Assembly (NCBI GenBank): GCA_965240325.2
Contig: OZ251254.1
Coordinates: 310,001 to 374,000 of the forward strand
Reading direction: 5' to 3'
Source of the DNA: Rebecca billardiae RCC1528
Lineage: Eukaryota; Protista; Haptophyta
Length of the DNA stretch: 64,000 nt
Position numbers and translations under genes: made by a program. Below, in pieces: positions 1-9,587 of this stretch. The stretch's first letter is position 1, and each line of letters starts with the position of its first letter. The notes beneath the pieces are model-generated. The model was not told the DNA's origin. It worked only from the letters and a program-made list of their open reading frames with translations, and made no database searches.

Positions 1-576
1 ATAGCCGAACGCTGCGCCGAAACTGATTAGGAGGCACACATAGAACTGGGTAGCTCGCTCGACTAGTCGCGGCTGCGAGGGCACGAGCGAGGCGAGGAGG
101 CCGAGCGAGGCGGGGCTGGCGAGACAGATGGGCAGGACGAGGAGCGACTCCAGCCCCAGCGCGAGCGCCGCGCCCACGAACGCCACCGCGAGCACGATGG
201 CTGCCACGCTGAGCGCCAGCATCGGCAGCTGCACCCGCCGCCGAAACCGGCGGCCCGCGCGGTGCGCGTCGTCAAGCGCGGCGCGCACGTGCGAGTCGGT
301 GCGCACGGGCGAGGGCTCTGGCGTGCGCACCGCCGGCGAGGGCTCGCTCGGCGACGCCCCTAGACCCGCCGACGACGAGCCGCGCGGCGGCGGCGAGCCG
401 CTCTCGCGCCGCACCGCGGCCGCGTCGGCGCGCGCGCGCCGCGCGCGCTCGAGGCGGCAGACGGCGAAGACGCGGCCCTCACACGCGGCGGGCTCGGGCG
501 GTGGCGCCGACTCGTCGGCGTCGCCGCCGCCGCCGCCGCCGTCACCATCGCCTGGCGTGACGACTGCGCCCGCCAT
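1..576 (-). CDS. Multi-pass membrane protein, 3'-partial (runs off the left edge)
   Basis: ATG at 576; the frame is open to position 1, so it is absent from the ORF track. MAGAVVTPGDG..., then hydrophobic segments LPMLALSVAAIVLAVAFVGAALALGLESLLVLPICL and ATQFYVCLLISFGAAFGY. Confidence 0.55.
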   Translation of the reverse strand, partial: MAGAVVTPGDGDGGGGGGDADESAPPPEPAACEGRVFAVCRLERARRARADAAAVRRESGSPPPRGSSSAGLGASPSEPSPAVRTPEPSPVRTDSHVRAALDDAHRAGRRFRRRVQLPMLALSVAAIVLAVAFVGAALALGLESLLVLPICLASPASLGLLASLVPSQPRLVERATQFYVCLLISFGAAFGY

Positions 577-1539
577 GCCACCGGGCGCCGGCCGCCTCCG
601 TTGCTTGCTGCTGCCCCAGTGTGCCCTGCTGGGCAGCTGTATAACCGCGCGCGTCGCGCTCCGCCTTATGGCGGTCCGGTGTTTACGTTGGGCGGCTGCC
701 TAGCTTGCCTGGGGCCGCCAGACGTCACGGGGGGCCGGGCGGCGAGACAGCGCCCGCCCCCACGCGGACGCTGACTCAAGCCGCACCCTGCCCCGGCGCG
801 GCGATCCAACGCCGAGGGAGGGCGGGCGGGAGGCGGAGGAGCGCAGCTGGTTGTCCGTGCGGCTGCTCGGCGCCAAGCGTGGCCCGTCGGCTGGGTTTGG
901 TAGTCGGGCGGCGGTCCGGTCGGCGGTCGGGCAGGGCGAGGTGCGCCGTGCGGTCGGGCGGGAAAGCGGACGGCTGCTGGGCGAAACTCGCTCCTGTTCG
1001 CCAAAGCCGGTCACTGCCCGTCAACTCCCGGCGCGCGCTCACTTTTCTGCGGTCCGCGCCAAAAGCGAGCTGCCACACGCTCGGAACGCTGTCCGGGGGC
1101 GCGCTGCGAGCTCCGAGCTCCGAGCCCGTCCGGGCGGGGGTGCGGTCGGAGGGGCGCTGGAGGAGGGTATCGGGCGGCGGCGAAGCGGCGCCGGCAGTCA
1201 TAACGCGATAACCGCCGCAGACTGCCAAACCCGCCACTCCCGTCGCGTCGGCCATCGCCCCATAACCGCGCGCGTCGCGCTCCGCCTTATGGCGGTCCGG
1301 TGTTTACGTTGGGCGGCTGCCTAGCTTGCCTGGGGCCGCCAGACGTCACGGGGGGCCGGGCGGCGAGACAGCGCCCGCCCACAGGGGCGCAGCGCCAGGC
1401 GCCACGCCGGCATGGGCGGCGTCGGCCGGCGCGGTCGAGGCCAGGCCCGGCCCCGACCCCCAGAGACGCTGCGCCCGGCCACGCCCCGACGCACGCCGTC
1501 AGCGCCAAGCGCGTGCCGTCGGGCGGGGCAGCTCCCGGG

Positions 1540-1730
1540 AAGTACGTGCGGGGCGCAGGCCCCGCCCACCGCCCCGCAGCGGTGATCTCGGCCGCGGGAA
1601 GCCCCAGGAACGGCCAGCGTCGCCACGGCCGAGCGTCGAACCGAGTTGGCGCCAACACACGTTGTGGGAGCCCCAGCGCCCGACACTCATCGTGCAGCCA
1701 CGCCAGATACGCCGCGCGAAAGCCTCGCAC
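1540..1730 (-). pseudogene. Degenerate tyrosine recombinase C-terminal fragment
   Basis: Across two compensating 1-nt frame changes it reads YLAWLHDECRALGLP..GANSVRRSAVATLAV-LGLPAAEITAAGRWAGPAPRTYF. This matches the YR pattern HSxR...G.....I...GRW......Y, with H replaced by N. Confidence 0.65.
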
Positions 1731-2011
1731 GCGCGCCAACCCGCCCGGTGTCGGCCGTCGACGGCGGGCAGCACCCCGAGCTCCGCGAAGCGACGTCCAG
1801 CCAGCGTGCGTAGCCCTGAATCGCCATGCGCCCCTTGGACCTTGGACGCGAAGGGCGAAGCGCCGAAGCCCGCTGCCCGGCTGTGGCAAACCGCCGGGCC
1901 GCCTGCGCTGTGGGAGCGATGGCGGCCGGTGGAAGCGGCGGGGAGTAGGCGACGCACGCCGCGCGAACGAGGACGGTCGCGCGGCACGCGAGCGACGGCG
2001 GACGCGCCGCG

Positions 2012-2076
2012 GATGATCGGCGCGCACGCATGACGATCGGCGCATGATGATCGGCGCGCGCGCATGATCGGCGCAT
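2012..2076. repeat. Short tandem array of GATCGGCGC..CAT units inside the YR element
   Basis: Four imperfect units: gatgatcggcgcgcacgcat / gacgatcggcgcat / gatgatcggcgcgcgcgcat / gatcggcgcat. Confidence 0.8.
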
Positions 2077-3026
2077 AGGAGCGCAGCTGGTTGTCCGTGC
2101 GGCTGCTCGGCGCCAAGCGTGGCCCGTCGGCTGGGTTTGGTAGTCGGGCGGCGGTCCGGTCGGCGGTCGGGCAGGGCGAGGTGCGCCGTGCGGTCGGGCG
2201 GGAAAGCGGACGGCTGCTGGGCGAAACTCGCTCCTGTTCGCCAAAGCCGGTCACTGCCCGTCAACTCCCGGCGCGCGCTCACTTTTCTGCGGTCCGCGCC
2301 AAAAGCGAGCTGCCACACGCTCGGAACGCTGTCCGGGGGCGCGCTGCGAGCTCCGAGCTCCGAGCCCGTCCGGGCGGGGGTGCGGTCGGAGGGGCGCTGG
2401 AGGAGGGTATCGGGCGGCGGCGAAGCGGCGCCGGCAGTCATAACGCGATAACCGCCGCAGACTGCCAAACCCGCCACTCCCGTCGCGTCGGCCATCGCCC
2501 CGAAATCAAGTATCAACGACGTCTGCGGCCCAGCAGGGTCCGGACCGGGAGGGGCGCGTTGGCACCGCACCTCATCGAGGTGGCCATTGCAGCAAGCGGC
2601 CGCCCCGCGCTCGGAGGCACGCGCTCCAGAGCGCGCTCTGACACCACACGGGGAGGGTGCTGCACCTGGATGGTGTATCCCAGCCACCTCGAGAGTGCAG
2701 CCGCGCCAAACACCTGCTTGCGCTGTGTCAGCGACGCCGCGCGGTCCGGACTGATCGAGCCGCCCACCGCGGGCCGAACGAAGCGGGAAGAACTGGAAGA
2801 TGAAATGATGGGTGGGCAGGTCCACATGCCCGGCGTAAACTGCGCGCTGCTCGCCCGCGAAGGCAAGCAGCGCACCCACAGTTCACTAAGAATATAACTG
2901 ATGAATAAGAGTAGGCTACGCACACAGCTCAGGCACAGGACCGGCGCCGAATTGTTCGCGGGCCGGTCATGCGCCATGCGGCATGCCCCGGGCGCCAACT
3001 GTCACCGCCGGCGCCCGGCATGGAGT

Positions 3027-4965
3027 TAGCCTGGTCCAAACGCACTGGAGCACTTTCGGGGATTTTATCGCCAAATGAATGCGGGGCCCTAGGCACGCGC
3101 TCACACCCGGAAACAGCGCATTAAATGGACCCAGCCCGGGCGGAGCAAAAGTTTCGGCCTAAAAATCGCATCCGCGGCCCGTCGTGAGCGCGCGCGCGCG
3201 CGCCGCGGACAACTACGGACACATAGAGAATCGTCAGTCTGAATGTGGGTAAGTACTTAGCCGAAATGAGCCCAAACGCACGAACTTACTTATTGGCGTA
3301 CGTCGAGGCGAGCATGAACCTTGGTACAGGCCATTAGGATGGGCTGTGGTCTGTGCGCAAGTGGCCGTACTCAACTACTGCAAGATCGACTATAGTACCC
3401 ATTTGTACCCGCATGGTATGGGCAATGTACCCGCATAAATATGAGGTCTGGACCTGTATAATTACAATGCCACTATGTCTTTACATATTCGCCATAGGTG
3501 GGTAGCTGTCCCAGGCTGCACGATTAGTGCGGCGCTCGGGGTGCAGTGGTCGGACGAGGCTCCGCCTGGCCTTCCGCGCACTCCTGCAGACAAGAAGAGG
3601 GCCGGACTCCCACCCGGCCAGGCGTGCGGCAGTCGGTCAGGTGCTGGACCTGGTCTGAAGACCATCTCCTGCGTGGCGACTGGCCGATCTGCGGCACAAC
3701 GCGCGCCGCCGTGAGCCACACGGCAGGTTCGCAACGGATCCGGATCGCGTGTCCATGGCGGCGTGCATCGAGTCATTCAAGCTGTCTAGTCGCGTGCCAC
3801 GCCCGCCCTTTCACTTGGGGCATCAGTACTGCCTACAACGACGACATGTGCGTCCTTAGATGAGGCATAATCGCGGTTCTAGCTGCTCGTCCAAGGGTCA
3901 GATCGCACGTCTTTGCTCGCCCGACAGCCTCAACGGCGGACTGATGTGATCCGCGGGTGACGATGCGGCCGCTTCGAGTGCGCCTCCGGCCACCACCGGG
4001 GTGGGGATCGTTCATGGGCACCCTCTGCGTGCCATGACATGCTCTGGCCATGCGTGGTGGCTTGGCCCACCGCGCGTAAACGGGAAAGACACCCGAGCAC
4101 GTGCTTCCGAGCCACCCGAATGGCACAATGTGCCACCCATGGACACCAAACACGTGCCAGAGCGCGAGCCTTGCGTGCTGGAGTAGCCGCACGACACCAA
4201 GGAAGACGTATGAGCGCTCTCAACCATCTTCAAGCGACGACTCCGTCGACTCTGCCTCACAGACCGCGGTACGATCCTCGACCTTGTGCTCGCAGCAAAG
4301 GCCATGACGGTAAAGCAGCACCCAGGCGATGGGAGTCAGCCGGCAGCCACTACACTGCGACTGTACACACCCAGCCCCGCAAGGCGAGCCATCCTGCTCG
4401 CCACCAGCCCGTCATACAGCTCCACGAGGAGCACAAATCGACAGCCGCCGCTCAGGACGACCCATGCGCAAACGTGACGGGACTGGCCGCATGAAGCGTT
4501 GGCGATGCGCAGCGCGCCCAAAGCTGGTGGTGGCATCGAGTACATGCTAGGGGTAGGCGGTGCCCCATGCGAGCCGTCGCGTGCCGCGCATATTCCCGGA
4601 GGTGCCCCTTCTCGAAGGCACGGCGTAACCCAGCAGGTGAGCGTTCGACGCGCGCCGTCGGGCGAGAAGTCGACCTGGCGACGGACCGCGGGCGGCGGAA
4701 GCAACGCAGACATGTCGCTCAAGGTGTGCACGCACACCACCGGGGCACCCGAACGATGTGTCCAGCACTACACCTGACATGAGGCGGCGCAGTCGTCCAG
4801 TCGAGGCTCTCGAGCCCCTTCCCGACCTTCGTCGCGGCGAGCCGTCGGACGGCCGGTGGCGATTTTTGACGAGCGCGACGAGCGACGAGAAAAATCGGGA
4901 GAAATGAGGCGCCCAAAATCCGAAAAAGGCTTTTTCACTGGCGAAAATCGGGATGGACCAGGCTA
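3027..4965. mobile_element. Non-autonomous DNA transposon (12-bp TIR, 7-bp TSD)
   Basis: TAGCCTGGTCCA at 3027-3038 and TGGACCAGGCTA at 4954-4965. Flanking direct repeat ATGGAGT at 3020-3026 and 4966-4972. Interior is lower in GC with no recognisable transposase. Confidence 0.75.
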
Positions 4966-5078
4966 ATGGAGTGATGAAGCCGCCTTAGTGGGGTCAGAGC
5001 TCCGACCGTTACACTCCCGAGTGACACAATCTCCCGAAATATCGTGAATATGAATATGAATAAATATCTCGTCCTCGT

Positions 5079-5141
<63 letters not shown>
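5079..5141. repeat. (TA)n microsatellite
   Basis: Direct read. Confidence 0.98.
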
Positions 5142-5145
<4 letters not shown>

Positions 5146-5384
5146 TTATGAGTCCATTTAACGGTTCGTAATCGGAATAGTTATTAGGCCTAATTCCAGG
5201 GTGTAGAATAACTCCTGCGCGTTTTGATCATCGTGAGACGTCGGGCGGTTCCCGACGACAGTACTAACGACGACGTGGTATGCAACGGGCGATGTGCGAC
5301 CTCAACCTCGACGCGATTATCTCGGCAATAACATATATATATAGTAATAACTATAGTAACTACGGTACTAGCTCTGATGAGTAC

Positions 5385-5387
<3 letters not shown>

Positions 5388-5463
<76 letters not shown>

Positions 5464-5514
5464 TATAATATATATATATATATATTATATATATATTATA
5501 TATATATTATATTA
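5388..5514. repeat. (TA)n microsatellite, left half of the Copia target site
   Basis: Direct read; ends in TSD TATTA at 5510-5514. Confidence 0.98.
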
Positions 5515-6236
5515 TATTGGGTAAACGCGAGCTCCGAGCGTCTCGAGCCCTGCTAAGAGCTCACCGGCACGTCCTCGGGCGCGTCGTCGGTGACGCCCAC
5601 GAAGGCAATCTCGACCCTCGCTCCTCTGACGAGCGAAGCTAATCCTCCTGCCGCAACCAACTTTCGGTTGCGCAGGGTGACACGGCGTTTTGCGGCCCGG
5701 CTCGGGAATCTTGTAACCTTCCTGAGCCCCGCTTCCGTGCGTCCGCCAATCGCAGGCGTTACCGACGCACCGCCGTAAGCTCATCTTTCCCCCAGGTACT
5801 CGGTAATGTCATCGGACCTGGGTAAGCTGCGCACGGACCCATGATCCCGGATTCTCGATTCTCAAAACTGAGAATCCGGGCGTCCATGAATGAAGTGATC
5901 GAGTCCGTTGTTCCTTGGACTCTTCCACGATGGCGCCCGCCTGTGCCGCCGGCGTGCCATCCGTGCCGCGCTGCGCCGGGCCGTACCGCCCGTGCACGCG
6001 CCGCGTCCGTGTCGCTCCGCGTCCGCGCTGCCGCGTCCGCGCTCCGCGTCCACGTCGCTCCGCGCCAGCGCTGCTGCGCTCGCGCTCCTGCCGCCGCGCG
6101 CGCCGCGCGCGCGCGCCGCCAGAGCCAGCCACTGCGTAGCTGATGCCGCCGGCCCGCCTGGTGCGGCGCCGGCCCTGACGTCCCAGCGGCGACGCCATCT
6201 GCTGAGATGCGCGCCCCAGGCTGCGTCAGCTCAACA
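5515..6236 (-). repeat. 3' LTR (TGTTG...CAATA on the minus strand)
   Basis: Matches 12193-12914; small ORFs inside both copies translate identically. Confidence 0.95.
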
Positions 6237-6245
6237 CCCCCCCTC
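6237..6245 (-). promoter_or_regulatory. Polypurine tract
   Basis: GAGGGGGGG immediately 5' of the 3' LTR on the minus strand. Confidence 0.85.
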
Positions 6246-6272
6246 GACAGCCATAGCCGCGAGCTGCGCCGC

Positions 6273-9200
6273 TTACCGCGCGCGCGTCGGGTGTCGGTCC
6301 ACCATGATGGCGTCGACGTGCCGCTTGAACGTCGCACCGTCCGTCGCCTTCGTCATGATGTCAGAGTGGTTGAGTGAGGTGTGTACCTTGACCACCTTTA
6401 CCTTGCCACCCTCCTGCGCGTCACGCACATAGTGATGCTTGATCTCGATGTGCTTCGAGCGCTTGTGGTGCACAGGATTCTCCACGAGGTCGATAGCCCC
6501 CTTGTTGTCCTCTCGCACCTCCGTCGCGTCCCGCGGCGGCTGCCGCATGGACTCGAGTATGCTCCGCAAGTAGCTCACCTCGCGGCAGCAATCGCTCAGC
6601 GCGACGTACTCCGCCTCCGTCGAGCTCAGCGAGACTGTACCTTGCAGCCCGCTGTGCCACGACACCGGCGCCCCATTGTAGAACACAATGTATCCACCCG
6701 TCGACCTGCCCTTGGTCTCCACCGGATTGCTTGCCCAATCGGAGTCAGCGAAAGCAAGTAGGTCGGGGTGCTCGGAATCTGTCGCAAACTTGAACAAGAT
6801 TCCCAATCGCGGGCATCCACGTAAGTAGCGCAGCACGCGCTTCGCACTTACCAGATCCACCGCCCGCGGACATGACATGCGTCGCGTCAGCATGTTCACC
6901 GCGTGCGCGATGTCCGGCCGCGCCGTGACCATCGCAAACATGAGACATCCCACCATCGCCTGGTAGTTCTCAATCTCTGCGCGCTGCAGCAACGCCTCGT
7001 CGTCGTCGCTCAGCTGCGCCCGCGCCGCCGGCTCCGGCGTGCGCGCCGGCGTGCTTGCGTTCAAACCGAACCGCTGAAGCACGCTCTCGACGTACGGCCC
7101 CAGATGCATCAGGATGCCGTCGTCATGAACTTCAAACACGGCGCCCAGGAACTTATCGAGCCGCTCACTCAGCTTGATCTCGTAATGCTCCTTCAGGTCA
7201 GCCGCCAGCTTCTCCACCGCGCGCGCGTCGCGCGTCAGGTTGAGAAACAGCAAGTCGTCGACAAAGCCGCCCGCGATGATGAACTCGCCCGGCGCCGACT
7301 CCTTGACGTAGATGCACGGCGCACTCGGACACTCCGAGAAGCCGCGCGCGAGCAGCTGGGTGCGGTGCGTGCGATGCCACGCGCGCCCAGACTGGCGTAG
7401 ACCCGGATACGCCTTGAGGCTCCGGCCCACGACTTTGTACCCCGGCGGCGCCTGCGTGCTCGGCACGTAGCCCGGCGGGAATGAGAAGAGAGGCCGCTCA
7501 TCCGGCTTCAACTCCGAGTTGAGGTACGCGTCCTTGACGTCGCCCTTCGACAGTATGCCCAGCGCCGCAACCGACGCTGCTCCCAAGTCGACCCTCGCGC
7601 CCGCCTGCTGAGCGGCGATCGCAACGAGTAGTCGCACTTGTTCCGGCCGGATCGTCGGAGCAAAGACCTCCTGAAAGTCGATCCCCGGCCGCTGTAGGTT
7701 CCCCAGTAGCACCGACCGCGCCTTGAAGCGCGTCACCTCGCCCTCCGGGTTCGACTTGACGTCAAAGACCCATTGGCTCGGCAACACCCGCGTGCCCTCC
7801 GGAACCACCACCTCTTCCGAGGTGCCGAGCAACTTGTGACCTTCCAAGTGCTCGAGCATGGCGCCCTGCCACTGGGGCGCCTCCGCCGACCGCATCGCCT
7901 CGCGATAGTTCGTCGGCACCTTCACGTTGATCTTCTGGAACACCGACGCGGCGCTGACGACGGCAGTAAGCAGCTGCGGCCGTCGGCGCGACGTCCGATC
8001 CCTGCGAAGCGGATCGTGTCCCATATCCAGACCGGGCGGCGGCGCGTCCTCGATCACGCCGTCGTCACCGTCTGCGCCGCGCGGCGGCCCGCCAGCATCT
8101 GCTGCGGCCCCGCGCCGTGATTCCGTCGGCGGTATCTGATCCTGCCGACCCGGCTGCGTCATCGACGCGCCTGCCCCGTCACGCCCGCCCTGCGGCGTCG
8201 GCGTCGACGGCTCTGCGCCAGCGCTGCTGCACCCGCGATGTCCCGCGTCCACGCTGCTGCGCCCGCGCCCCGACGTTGACGCATCTGCGTCGTCGTCGTA
8301 CCCGACGTCGAACTCTGTCGCGTCGTCATTCCCGGCGTCGGCTGGCGTCTCGCCGCCGTCGCCGTCCTCGTCCTCACAGTCGGCGTCACCACCGACCGGA
8401 CGAAGTCCGCCGCTTACCGCGGCGCCGTCACCATCACCCACGTACGCGCCACCGTCAGGTGCGCCCAGCGACGAGTGCCCCCCCTCGACCAGGTCGGTCT
8501 CGTCGATGCGTACGTCACGTGAGTGAACGAGACGTCCGTCGTCTAAACGACATACGTACCCGAGTACGTAGCGCCATGTACCGCGCCACTGCACGCCGTG
8601 CCCACCCCAGAGATAGACACGTCCGGGTAGTGCGCGCTGCCTCAGCTGCCCCAATGCATTGCGCCGTGCGCCCAGCATCAGCACGCGGCAGCGCGCTCCA
8701 AACGCCACGTGATGCTTCCACGTCGGGCGTTTGCCAAAGAACAGCTCATCCGGCGTGAGCCACTCAATGTCTCCATCGTCACGAATAATACCACGTGACG
8801 CCAGTCGATTGCGCGACGCGCATGCGTGCCACGCCGCGTAGTGCCAATCGACCCTCGAGACTCCACGCGCAACGACCGTGGCGCGCAGTCTCGACTTCAG
8901 CGTGCGGATAGCGCGTTCCGCCACGCCATTCGAGCTCGGCGAGTCGGGAGCCGACGTGACCGTCGACGAGAACCCAAGCTTCGCCAGCTCACCCTCGACG
9001 TACGTACTCAGCAACGTCGAGCCACCGTCGGTGTGAATATGGCGTCGCGCCATAGTACACCCCGACGCCAGGACCCAATGCGACATGTGCATGGCCCCTG
9101 TTCCAAGCAACTGCGCGTACCAGCGGAATGCCCGACCAACCTCGGCGTCATCCAAGCTGCGTAGCGCGTACACTTGCCATCGACGTGAATGCCCATCGAT

Positions 9201-9587
9201 GAATATGATCCCATGAGGATACCCTCCACGTGCGCCATCGGCCCCAACTGGTAAGTCGATCCGCGCCATAGAGAAGATGTCGACGTGCGTCACCTGCCCA
9301 GGGTAGTGCGCCGTCGGCATCGCGTCCGCGAACGACCGCCGCGTCATGCCCGCCGCCGACTGCTCGTCAAGCGGCTCACGCCGCGCGTTCGCCCCCTCCA
9401 TCCCCTCGGCCACGCGTCGCGTGCGCTCGAGTAGACGTTGGTCATTGGTGCCCGTTCGAACCGACCAAGTGCGTAACCACGCCGGATCAGCGCCTCGCGC
9501 CGCCTCCGTAGTAGTAGTGGTATCAGATACCGTAGTGGTTGTGTTTGTGGCTCGCACCTGCGCGGGTTCCGGGCTTAGGCGTTTGGG
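6273..9587 (-). CDS. pol: Pol part: integrase - reverse transcriptase - RNase H, probably entered by -1 frameshift (the open frame extends to 9983)
   Basis: IN: HVDIFS, IFIDGHSR, HTDGGS, SPSSNGVAERAIRTL. RT: WVFDVK, FKARSVLLGNLQRPGIDFQEVFAP, DVKDAYLN, FVDDLLF. RH: FADSDWA, STEAEY, EDNKGAI, KRSKHIEIKHH, DIMTK. Confidence 0.93.
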   Translation of the reverse strand, partial: PKRLSPEPAQVRATNTTTTVSDTTTTTEAARGADPAWLRTWSVRTGTNDQRLLERTRRVAEGMEGANARREPLDEQSAAGMTRRSFADAMPTAHYPGQVTHVDIFSMARIDLPVGADGARGGYPHGIIFIDGHSRRWQVYALRSLDDAEVGRAFRWYAQLLGTGAMHMSHWVLASGCTMARRHIHTDGGSTLLSTYVEGELAKLGFSSTVTSAPDSPSSNGVAERAIRTLKSRLRATVVARGVSRVDWHYAAWHACASRNRLASRGIIRDDGDIEWLTPDELFFGKRPTWKHHVAFGARCRVLMLGARRNALGQLRQRALPGRVYLWGGHGVQWRGTWRYVLGYVCRLDDGRLVHSRDVRIDETDLVEGGHSSLGAPDGGAYVGDGDGAAVSGGLRPVGGDADCEDEDGDGGETPADAGNDDATEFDVGYDDDADASTSGRGRSSVDAGHRGCSSAGAEPSTPTPQGGRDGAGASMTQPGRQDQIPPTESRRGAAADAGGPPRGADGDDGVIEDAPPPGLDMGHDPLRRDRTSRRRPQLLTAVVSAASVFQKINVKVPTNYREAMRSAEAPQWQGAMLEHLEGHKLLGTSEEVVVPEGTRVLPSQWVFDVKSNPEGEVTRFKARSVLLGNLQRPGIDFQEVFAPTIRPEQVRLLVAIAAQQAGARVDLGAASVAALGILSKGDVKDAYLNSELKPDERPLFSFPPGYVPSTQAPPGYKVVGRSLKAYPGLRQSGRAWHRTHRTQLLARGFSECPSAPCIYVKESAPGEFIIAGGFVDDLLFLNLTRDARAVEKLAADLKEHYEIKLSERLDKFLGAVFEVHDDGILMHLGPYVESVLQRFGLNASTPARTPEPAARAQLSDDDEALLQRAEIENYQAMVGCLMFAMVTARPDIAHAVNMLTRRMSCPRAVDLVSAKRVLRYLRGCPRLGILFKFATDSEHPDLLAFADSDWASNPVETKGRSTGGYIVFYNGAPVSWHSGLQGTVSLSSTEAEYVALSDCCREVSYLRSILESMRQPPRDATEVREDNKGAIDLVENPVHHKRSKHIEIKHHYVRDAQEGGKVKVVKVHTSLNHSDIMTKATDGATFKRHVDAIMVDRHPTRAR

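Larger units (their letters stand above)
641..2501 (-). mobile_element. Non-autonomous tyrosine-recombinase (DIRS-order, Ngaro/PAT-like) retroelement with split direct repeats
   Basis: On the minus strand the order is A1 (2501-2077), internal, B1 (1380-1262) abutting A2 (1261-837), spacer, B2 (759-641). A is 425 bp and B is 119 bp, copies identical by eye. The internal part carries a YR C-terminal remnant. Confidence 0.8.

Noticed and set aside
1287-2879. 530-aa minus-strand ORF as an intact gene
   Set aside because: It crosses the element boundary and runs through non-coding repeat A; only the short YR remnant is recognisable.
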